47,479 nucleotides of DNA from Amoeboaphelidium protococcarum X5. Its lineage: Eukaryota > Fungi > Aphelidiomycota. Positions 12,477 to 23,128 of this stretch are shown in pieces. Every line of letters begins with the position of its first letter. Position 1 is the first letter of the stretch. The notes under the pieces were generated by a model. That model saw only the letters and a program-made list of their open reading frames with translations, searched no databases and was not told the origin of the DNA. The stretch spans positions 1 to 47,479 of the forward strand of contig JALDTO010000070.1 of NCBI GenBank assembly GCA_023515725.1, in the 5' to 3' direction. The position numbers and the translations under genes were made by a program.

Positions 12477-12888
12477 TATGATATTCCTAAATCTATAACC
12501 GATTTAATGCAAAGATTGGATGAAGTGGACAGGTAAACTCTTTTTCTCAGAGTTTGAGGAAATACAGAAAGGTTGAGAAATCCAGAAATTTCGAAAGAAT
12601 AGCGACAAAGAGGCAAAGAGAGAGATAGGAGAGAGAAAGAGAGTCAATTTAGAGAAACGACTCCAACTTTCGTCAAGACGTTTCTTCCCGGAGAGACTTT
12701 GCCGTTCGTTGTTCCGGTCGTTCCCTCGTACTCCGCTGAGTATGTATTGATTTCCCTTCTACTTTCTCTCTCTCTCGCATTCTTGACTTGTTTAACATCT
12801 GTCATCCTCACTCCTTTTGTACATTTAAAACTTTGTAATATCTAATATACACATAGCTTCTGCTATCTAATAGTAAAATAGTGTCAAG
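12477..12888. promoter_or_regulatory. Bidirectional promoter between DOA10 and proteasome beta3, with mirrored GA-rich and CT-rich tracts
   Basis: 412-bp head-to-head spacer. GA tract at about 12607-12657 and CT tract at about 12751-12783, so each gene has a pyrimidine tract on its own sense strand. Confidence 0.55.
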
Positions 12889-13566
12889 ATGGGAGATAAT
12901 ATTATGGCTTATAACGGTGGAAGTGTCGTCGCAATGGTTGGCAAGACACATGTTGCTATTGCTTCAGACAAGAGATTCGGTGTGTAGGCAATGACTCTGA
13001 GCACGGAGAACCCTAAAGTTTACTCTATGCATGAGCGTCTGTTCATCGCACTGAGTGGGCTGAGCACTGATGTTATGACGTTGAGTTAGATGTTGAAGAT
13101 GCGCTGCCAGTTGTACTCATTGGCTGAGGAAGGGCGTAAAATTGCACCGGTCGCCTTCAGTCATCTAGTGAGTAGCACGCTGTACGAGAAGAGATTCAGT
13201 CCGTACTATGCTGAGCCAGTCATTGCAGGACTGCAGCCAGTGATTGACGAAAAGTCATCTAATGATAAGTCGTCGTCGAAGTAGCAGAAGACAAAGTTGA
13301 AGCCATTCATCTGTAGTACTGACTTGATTGGGTGCATCAACTTTGCAAAGGATTTCGTCGTGGCTGGAACATCTTCTCACCAACTATACGGTACTTGTGA
13401 AGCACTGTGGGAGCCTGACATGTCCAAGGATGAGTTGTCTGAATGTATTAGCCAGGCTCTGTTGTCTGCCATGGACAGAGATGCTGTCAGTGGATGGGGT
13501 GCTGTGGTGTACCTGATTGGTGAAGAAGGTGTCACTGTCAGACACTTGAAGGGAAGAATGGATTGA
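12889..13566 (+). CDS. PUP3: 20S proteasome subunit beta3, 225 aa
   Basis: [61 protein letters not shown] and C-terminal LKGRMD. Three in-frame TAG read as Gln. Ends TGA. Confidence 0.96.
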
Positions 13567-13568
13567 TC

Positions 13569-13617
13569 TTTCTGTTTCACTTTACGTTCTCTCTTTGCCT
13601 TTTCTGTTTCACTTTAC
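13569..13617 (+). repeat. Exact 17-nt direct repeat in the PUP3 3' flank
   Basis: TTTCTGTTTCACTTTAC at 13569-13585 and 13601-13617. Confidence 0.8.
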
Positions 13618-13818
13618 TTCCATACTGTCACTTATTGCTCAATAGCTATATTGGCACCAGCATATTATTCATTGTACTACTTAACATATTACACTGTTCA
13701 CTTGGATGACGCGTAAAAATAAAAATAAAAAGTATCTCAAAATGCACGTAAGAGCTTCGATTCATTACAATTTAACATTAAAATAGAAATATGAGTGTAG
13801 TTGGACTTGTGGGGAGAA

Positions 13819-14334
13819 ATGCCGGATAGTGATTGCGTGCTGAGTTTGTAGAGTGTCAATGTGTTTGATAAAAAAGATGGAACTGTGGATAATACGCTGT
13901 AATCGCATAATCAGAGCTCCTTATTCTAATAATAAGAATCTCCACAGATATAACAGTATCAACCTTATGAGAATGTCGATGATGATGATGCGGATTAGGA
14001 AAGTTTCGTGTCGAATCTCTATCTGAAACAAAAGCAGCATTTTGCAGATCAAAACAACGAAGATGAACAAGAAGAGTAAGCCATTGAATATAAGGAGCAT
14101 CCAACTGGTGATGAATAGCCTATTGATTTTGATTTCGAGAATGCATTCATTGATATTCCAATTCTGCCTTTAGAAGAGGGTGAAGCAATGCATGAGAGTG
14201 TTCGCGATGCAGTTAAAGATCATTAATAATAGTAGTAATAGCAAGTAGACGAATCAAAGGCGCAAAGTGAAACGAAATCTCACGTTTCCTCGTTTAAAGA
14301 AGTTCAAGAGGCGTGGAATCTAGATGGTGTTTGA
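13819..14334 (+). CDS. Hypothetical acidic, Gln-rich 171-aa protein (possibly a 5' exon of the downstream gene)
   Basis: ATG..TGA frame with a strong D/E/Q bias and a poly-Q run TAA TAA TAG TAG TAA TAG CAA at 14224-14244. No recognisable domain. Confidence 0.55.
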
Positions 14335-14545
14335 CATTGCCTTCCATTCCAATCTATCTTCTATTCATGAATTTGGAAATAAACAGCATAATCGAATATT
14401 AGTTGCAGTATCGTTTTCTGTGGAATAATATGAGGTGTTTTGACCGCATAGTGCCTTCGATTACTTGCTTAACAACAGAAGCAACCTGTCGTCATTATCG
14501 TTCTATCAAATACCATTCTTGTATGATAGATATTTGCGTCTGAAA

Positions 14546-17500
14546 ATGCCTACATAATATACTAAGTACGCACCAGGAACGGTATGTAAGGCTGTCAAAT
14601 CATTTAAGACAGAGTATTATGACGAATTATCTTTAAGTGTGGGCGATTTGATTGTGATTGAATAGCCAGATCCGGATGAGATCAAGTCGATGAAACAAGG
14701 TTATATCAAGGGAGTGAACAGAGATCTGGGGCCAATGAATGGACGGAATGGATTTTTTCCTGCTGATTGTGTTGAAGCTGATGGAGAATAGCCAGATTCT
14801 GAGCAATTTTAAGGTATTTCTGCAGATTAGAACTTGCTCGGATAGAATGATGATTTTAATGATGTTGATCAGCAGCCAGATGAGAACCAGTTGAAACGAA
14901 AAGATTCTGCAGATTCGTCCATTATTGGCTCTTATTAAGATCTTAATAATAGTTTCGGTGCGGAGTAGTATGGCGATATCGCTCTCCTGAATGAGTAGAT
15001 TGATCAGTAGGACCAGCTTGATAATTCTGGGGATTAGTCTTCGCTTTAGTAACAGTAGCAGGCTGATTTGCAGTATGTGGAAGAAATGTAAAAGTAGATC
15101 ATACCTGGTATGAAGGTGGCGGTGAGATTTCCGTATGAGGCGTAGAAGAGCGATGAACTGGAGTTGAAAATGGGCGATGTAGCAGTTGTCACGCACTGTC
15201 CTCCTGGTGGCTGGTGGAGAGGTGCTCTGTGGACAAAGAATGAAGGACTCGGTACTGTGGGCTGGTTCCCTGCCAACTTTGTCGAAATTCTTCCACAGTC
15301 TGAGTAGGCTGATTATCCTCCTGCCAGCAATAATAAGGCGCGAAAAGATTCTGTTGTCTCTGTGGCTGATGATGAGTCTACAAGGCCTAAGAAGAAATTC
15401 TGGCAAAGGAAAGCTTCTACAAAGCTTGGTATAACTGAGTTAATTAGCGGCAAGTTGACCGAGAGGCATGAGGAAGAAGACGGTACAGATAACCAGGGGT
15501 CTCAAGGTGATGGAGATGACAGTCAACATACGCCTAACTCTGAGCAATATGGTTCACTGACCAAGAAGTCTATTAATATGTTCAAGAGATTGACTACTTA
15601 AGGAATCTTGCCATCTGTAATGTCGGGTGGATCTACGGTTGGTTCGCGGGAGAGCAAAGTTGTCAGTCGATAGATATCCACGTAAGATTTTCCTCAAATC
15701 GTGGTCGCCGTCCCATCACAGTAAGCTTTGGAGGTGATGAATAGTCCGCAAAGACCAGAGAAGAAATCGTGGAAGGATGGTATGTCTGAGAAGGAGGTTG
15801 AAAAGTTGGGCATTCGCGAGTAGAAGCGGTAATAAGTTATTTGGGAATTGTTCATTACGGAAGGAGCATATGTTAGGGACTTGAAGATGGTGATTGAGGT
15901 ATTTATGCGTCCGATGGTGGATAAGCGGCTTCTGACTGCCAAGAATGTGGAGATAATCTTTGGTAATCTGGAAAAGATCCTTGGTGTCAACGAACAGTTT
16001 TATAAACATTTAGAAAGGATTTATGACTCTAGTAGTACAATTGATTCTTTTGGATCAATGTTCATAGAGTACTGCGATTAGTTCTTTGCCTACACAATGT
16101 ATTGTAGCAATAATGCTAAAGCACTGACCAAGGTCAAAGATCTGACTTCGACTAATAAGACTTTGGCAAAGTTCTTGAATGAGTGTTACTAGATTCCAGC
16201 CACGCGTCACTTGGATTTGAGTAGTTATCTGATTAAGCCAGTTTAGAGAATATGCAAGTATCCTTTATTTCTGCTGGAGATTATCAAGGCCACCTCAGGA
16301 GTTCATTCAGATCGTACTAATTTGGAGATTGCGCTGGCTAAGTTGTAGAATGTTCTTATGGTGATCAATGAAGGTGTCGATGGTTTGTAGAGAATAGTGG
16401 AGATTTAGAACGCATTTGCTGAGAAGATTGAGTTGAGCTCTCCGACGCGTTATCTGATCAGGGAGGACCACCTCTCAATCTTCTTACCACCACCAGAGTC
16501 GAGATAAAAGCCTCGATAGATCTTCCTTTTTAATGACATGGTGCTGATTGCGAAGAAGGATTGGAGAGAAAAGTATCATTCTATCGCAAGTGCTGAGATT
16601 GAATGTGTGACATTGAATGAATTTCCTGGAGACAAGTAGAACATTTTTGAGTTGGTATTTTTGGACTAGCAGACTTACGAGGAGTAGGAGAGATTCACGG
16701 TTGTAGCTAATAATAAAGAGCAGAAAGCTAATTGGATACAGGCTTGGAAAAATTTGACCTCTTCTGGAATATTGTCACGTATCCCAGAGAAGTCTGTTGT
16801 TAATTTGACCGCATTGGATTCGACATAGAAATCGAGTGGGCGAACATCGACAGTCACTGACTCTCTTCGTGAACCCGGTGATCTCAGCCGTAATATTACT
16901 GTGCGGTCGAAGAATCCTCTCAATAACTCAGCGCTAAAATCGAGTAGAATTGTTATGAATGCTTCAAAGTTGAGCTTGGCTTCTGCTAAAACTGCCGGTA
17001 GTAAAGAGGGCAGATTAAGGTCATCTTCATTGAATAATGAGAGCGCCAAGCATCATTAAGCAATAGCTCGCGAGTTACTAGATAAGCACGCCATTCTGGC
17101 TAGGAGTAAAGCGCGCAGTCTTAGTGATGTAAATGCAGATGAGGATGTTATTGTTAGTCAATCAAAGTCTTAGGCTGAAGTCTAGAAAAGCGCCTCGCTA
17201 TAGGATGATGATGATGATGCTGGTGATAAGGGCAGGTATGATGTTGTTCCTGAAATGCCAGGGATTTAAATTACGGTGACTAGTCCAACTTCTAATTCGA
17301 TGAATACTTTACATCAACCAGTGGAGTAGATGATGAGCTCATCTTTACAATCTCCAGCTTTTGATGATAATAAGTCCCCTCAACTTGCATAGTCCACTAC
17401 TGCTGTTAAAAAGTATGAGCGCGTTCGCAAGTATAGTGTTGGAAAGGATGATTATGATTCTTTGAAAGCCAAACTGGAGTATGCTTAGATGTAATTATCC

Positions 17501-20500
17501 TAGAAGGAGGACTTGTTGTAAGAGTAAGCTTCTCAGATTTCGGAATTTCAATCAACTGTCAGTTAGAATGAACTTTAAGCGGCTTCATACAGATTGAAGT
17601 TGGAGGAGTGTGGTAAGTAAATTGTCGATCTGAAGTTGGATCTGAGTAAATCGGTGTCTCATGCATTAGAACTTGAAGAGCAGTTGGAGGAAGAGCGTAG
17701 AATACATGAACATTATGAGGTGGACATGAAGCAAAAGTACGAGGCTGAACTTTCGCGCAATAAAATTTTGTTGCAAGAGAAGTAGCAGTATGATCAAGAG
17801 CTTGCCGCAAAGATGGACCATATCAGTAAGGAGTTGTCTATTGAGAAGGAGAAGAATGCAAGGAAGTCGAGCGAGATTAGTCGTTTGGTGTCAGCCAATA
17901 ATGAGTTGGAGAATGAGCTGGTCGAGTTGCAGAAAGAGTTGATGGAAAGAAGTGATAAAATTAACGTGCTTACTGAGAAACTTTAATTGACTAATCCAAG
18001 TTGGTCGTCGCTACTGGAGAAGAAGGAGAAGGAAATTAATTTGTTGAGGAGTCAACTGTTAGAGGTGGATGAAAAGTATAAATAGTCCACCTAAAACAGG
18101 TCACGATTAGGATCTATGGATAAGCTATCTACAAAGCCGGAGCTGCGCACCACAGTGTCTATGAATAATGTCACGGCCGCTGGTGGTGAAAGTTTAATGA
18201 ACTCGAGTGCATTGATACAGAAGTTGAAAGAGTTGGAGCAAGCTAATTCTCGACTCTCTGCTATTGTAGATAAAGTGAGTTAGGGAATGAAGGACAAAAT
18301 TTGCCAGACTGATGTCAAAGCGTGTCTCGAACAAGGATGTTAGACCGATTCAGATCTCTTGCTGTCTCATGTGGACGTGTAGTCAATCTTAATTTAACAC
18401 AAGGCTGAGATGAAATCCGCAAAGAGTTAAATTTCCACAATGAATGAGCGATTGGCAATGGCTTAGCAAGAAATTGCAACGTCTAGTAAATCAATCAAAG
18501 ATCTTACTGCAGAAAGAAATGTTTACAAGAGCAATTATGAGAAATCATTTGAAACTTTTGATCTCAAGGCTAGACAGCTGTAAGCTGAAAATGCTGCACT
18601 GGCGACTGAACTCGAGAAGCGTAAGTAATAGTCTAATTCTGAGCTATTGAAGTTGTAACAGGAGTTTGAGTCTTTGAATACAGATTATTAGGAGTAGGAA
18701 AGGGAGCTAGCCCAGGCGCTGATGGATTTGTAAGATTAGAAGTCATTAGTAGCTGTCATTGAAAGCGAGAAAGCTGAAGTCTCAGAGTTGTTAAAGAAAG
18801 CTATGATTGAGTTGGACCAACAGAGATCTCAGGTTAAGAGACTCGACGCGTCACTTGATGAGGCACTTAAAGAGCGGGTGAATCTCGTTAATTCTTATGA
18901 AGGTGCAGTCAAGTCTCTGCGCGATGAACTGGATGATAATGATGAGAAAATAGTGCAGCAGAAGAATGAGAATAATCAGCTTCTCTAGCAGATAAGATAG
19001 AATAGATCTTAGTTTGATTAGATTGTTGCCACTCTAAAATCATAGATTGAGATGATAACGTCTGCATTCTAGGAGAAGAGATTGGAGTTGACCACATGGT
19101 AGGAGAAGTTTAATGCCCTCTAGAGTTCTTTTGTCAAGTTTCAAGATGATTATAAGAGTGAGTAGTAATTCTCCAATGAATTGAAAGCAGAATTCCAGTC
19201 CGTGTTGGAGAAGAATGGTAAATTACAAAAGTCCATCGATGAGTATCAAGCTGAGATTACAGAATCTTAGTCATCAATTCTCAAGCTTAAATCGCAAATT
19301 GGGATCCTCAATCGTGCTTCATCGTAAGCAAATTCTTTAGTTGATCAGATTAGGCGTGAGTGTTCTGTACTGTAAACTGATGTTGAAGCTAAGAATACAA
19401 AGATTGAAAAGTTGGAGTTGCTTCTATCTAAAGAAAGCGCAGAAGTGAAAGAAGTGCTTCTAGTAGAGAATAAGGATTTGTATAGCAAGCTGTAGGAGTA
19501 GTAGAAGTAATTAACTCAGACTGAACATGAACTTAGTCAAGTCCGAGTTGAAATGGAAAATTAGCTAAGTGATAGCACTGATGCCTCCCTAATGTTGTAA
19601 AACTAAGTGCAGACTCTCTCTACCAAAGTTTAAAATCTGGAGCATTAGGTGGAGACTAAGTAATTAGCGTTGATCAGTGTCAATAATAGTAAATCTGAGA
19701 TTGAATAGTAATATGAAGAAAGTCGGAGTAGGCTCTCTGAATTGCAAGTATTGTATTCTATGTTATAGCAGGGGTAAACTCTATAGAAATCACTTTTGGA
19801 TCAATCTTCAGACGAGCTTACTTAGTTCGAGTAACAGCTGCGTGATGAATTTTAAATCAATTTGGAGGGTGTTTAATTAAAGCAAGATTTGGTTCAGGAA
19901 ATATAGCATGTAAAGAGTATTGTAGTATCTGAATTTAGTACTCGTGATTAGTAAGTCAATAGTCTACGAGGTATAATTAAGGATCTTTGTCTGTCATTGT
20001 CATTAGATCCTGACACTGCTCATGTGGAAACTTTATTGAAATTTGAAGTTGACAAGCTGAAGTTGAGGCTATCGACTCTGAGTGAGAATGTTCATTCAAG
20101 CCGTCATGATGATACTTAATTAGCTGAAATTGTATCCAAGTAGCTGACTCCGTTGCAGGAATAGATTATATCATTACGCCAAGTTGTGGAAAGTTACGTC
20201 AAGACTGCTGCTGAAGCCAATCCAGGCTAACATTCTCTCGATTCACTTGTGCATCAACTATCTAATGATTATACGAAACTGATGGAGTAGCACTCAATAA
20301 CACTTCAGAAAATGCTGCGCGATTAAGATGAGTCTAAGAGTTAGATGTAGATTCTTTAAGATGGTTTGGAGATTGCAAAAATGACCATATAAAAGCTGAA
20401 TTAAAACTCAGTACTGGCGGCATCTCCAGCTGACTATTGGCCGCATTAGATCACTTAGAACTCTGCTACCACTGATAATCTGTCAAGAGAGAATTAGAAG

Positions 20501-20656
20501 CTCAAGAATGACATGTCCAAGTTGAAGAAGACTGTTCGAAAGCACATGGATCAAATGTCACAGAACTACCTGGCCAGTGTGAAGAATAGAGAGCGTGATA
20601 TATTATTTCTCCGAAACGAGATCAAGCATCTACTCTAATATAGATCAGAATAATGA
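14546..20656 (+). CDS. Dbl-family RhoGEF: SH3-SH3-DH-PH plus about 1000 aa of coiled coil, about 2036 aa
   Basis: SH3-1 KAVKSF...DELSLSVGDLI...GFFPADCV. SH3-2 FPYEAQKSDELELKMGD...GGWWRG...GWFPANFV. DH RQQVIWELFITEGAYVRDL...LSSYLIKPVQRICKYPLFL. PH IFLFNDMVLIAK...KANWIQ. Then heptad-rich E/K/Q/L sequence to TGA at 20654-20656. Start codon uncertain. Confidence 0.88.
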
Positions 20657-20998
20657 ATGTTTATACCATAGATTAAATAGAATTATATATTGATAATGCA
20701 ATCTAGCTGTATAGCAATGAGTTTGAGGGGATTGTTGCCTCTTACTAGGTAGCGTCATGCGATTTTTGATGAGACTTCCTCTCTCACGCGGTCTCTCCCT
20801 GACGAGCGCGTCAAGTCTCGTTTGATGAGATTAATGTACCTGACGACTTTCCTGTTTCAATTTTCATCGCTTCTAGTAAGCCCCCTGAATATCTCAAATA
20901 GGCAAGTCTCGATTTTGAATAAATGAAACACTTTCTCTTGGACGCGCTTCATCTCTTAATTAACACATAGAGTGCATTTTATTAAGTGAATAGAAGAT

Positions 20999-22696
20999 AT
21001 GGAGATAATTAAACAGTTGTTGCCTTCGTCGTGCGTACCAAGCTTTGAAAATGATAATAACAATGTCAATCTGGAACACGTTCAGAACTAGTCCAATGAT
21101 CATCCGATAATCATCAATCTCAACTTTATAAGTAGACGTTATCCTGATGATCCTCGCGCTTTGAATAAGGATATTAATGAAAAGGAAATGAAGGAAGCTC
21201 TGAGTATTTTGAATAAATTGCAGTTGAAGCCTGACTCTGCTGTAGCTTTGATAGATTATGACCAAGACGTTGCTGTGAATGATGATGTTGTTCAAACTGC
21301 TAATTCTAATAGTGAAGATACCCCTGGTGAGTCAGCGAAGGTTAAGAATCACGGTGGAAGTTGGATATTGAAGAGAATCTTTAGTAGTAATAATAATTCC
21401 AACCAAAGTAAGAAGACAAAGTAATTATAATAATCGAGGGATTGTGATACTATGATTCCTGCGTCGCCTTCATCATCATAACAAGATCAAGTCCATTATC
21501 CACCTGCGGGAGGTAAAAGAGTGGTCGCATATTTCATCAGTTGGGGCATCTATGCGCGCAAGTACTTGGCCACAGACATACCAGCTGATAAGATTACGCA
21601 TCTTAATTACGCGTTTGCCAAGATATCATAGGATGGTCTGTTTGAGGTGTAAATTGGAGACTCTTGGTCCGATATTCAGTACATGTATCCGGGCATGAGT
21701 TGGAACGATCCACCTGAAGTTGTCAAGGGTAACATTGGTTATATCAATGGTGAGTTGAAGCTGAAGAATCCTCACTTGAAAACTTTCATCTCTATTGGTG
21801 GTTGGACGTGGAGCGGAAACTTCTCCACCATGGCAGCCTCAGAATCTAGTCGCAAACTGTTTGCTGCATCCTGTGCCAAGTTTTGCAAGACTTATGGGTT
21901 CGATGGTATCGATCTGGACTGGGAATATCCTGTCGAGGGTGGACTTGCTTCTAATGCATACTCCCCAGCTGATGGTGTCAACTATACTCTGGTCATGCAG
22001 GAGATTAGATCATCATTGGATTAATTGTCAAAGGAAACTGGCAAGACGTATTACTTGACCATTGCTGCACCGGCGAACCGTAATATCATCAGGCATTTGG
22101 AGGTGGCCAAAATTGCACAGGTTTGCGATTTTATAAACATCATGACATATGACTACCGTGGTGGATGGAGTCCATTCACTGGTCATCAGAGCCCGCTGTA
22201 TCCATCTTCTGATGATCCGTACCCAGATCTTGGTTGCACCAGCATTGCTGTGGATACATTCTTGAACGCTGGATGCCCGGCTGATAAGTTGAACATTGGT
22301 GCCGTGATGTACGGCCGCGGCTTTCAGGGTGTTAAGAACGTGAACAACGGCCTGTATTAAAAGTACGCATCCGTTCCAATGGGAACATGGGATTAGATGA
22401 GTGGTGAAGGTGCCACTGGTGTTTATGATTACAAGGATGTAGTTTCCAAGTAGATGCCAAAGTATTGGGATGATGTTGTGAAGGCACCTTATGTCTATTC
22501 ACCAGATGTATCAGATGGACTCATGATCAGTTTTGATGATCCTCAGAGTATCAGTGCTAAAGCTTAATACATTAAGGATAAGAATCTGGGTGGTATAATG
22601 TTTTGGGAACTGTCTGGTGATATCAAGAGCGGCCAACCTGGGTCTTTGATTGATGCTGCTCATACTGCTTTGAATTAGTAAAGTAGTAGTGCATGA
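20999..22696 (+). CDS. GH18 chitinase with a roughly 170-aa low-complexity N-terminal extension, 565 aa
   Basis: RVVAYFISWGIYAR, ITHLNYAF, ISIGGWTWS, catalytic FDGIDLDWEYP, INIMTYD, ISFDDPQS and LGGIMFWELSGD. TGA at 22694-22696. Confidence 0.93.
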
Positions 22697-23128
22697 TACT
22701 CTTTGTTGTTCATACGGACGCTTATTATATGCTGAAATGTTTTTGAATTAATAATATTGATACTTTTTGGTCATTACCTCACAATGTGCGCTTTATCCCT
22801 TTTTAAGGTGTCTCATTTATGTAACCATTTTTAAGTATTACAGTGAGTTTTAGATTTAAAAGAGTTGACCATATACTTTCACTATGGATAGAGACATTAA
22901 AGACACCGCATACAGTAGATCGAAAGCTTTTCCACTATTCCTTTCAGCGCGTCGTTATCGCCGTGAAAACTTTCACCTTAACACTCTGCTCCCAATGAAG
23001 TAAAATTGTTCCAACTTCAACTTTCTCTGCGGATCAGATTAAAATTTCCTTTTGAGAGAATATAACGTTATTCATTCAATCTCCATCGCTGAGAGGTGTA
23101 TAATACTAAAACTATATGAAATGTCAGT

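Noticed and set aside
14633-15406. 257-aa minus-strand track ORF, and similar ones such as 34906-35475 (+) and 45696-46442 (+)
   Set aside because: These are antisense shadows of well-supported genes on the opposite strand.
20761-20915. Cluster of four GAGAC/GTCTC pentamers and PAC/RRPE-like strings upstream of the chitinase
   Set aside because: Short motifs whose window-wide count is not clearly above chance without statistics.
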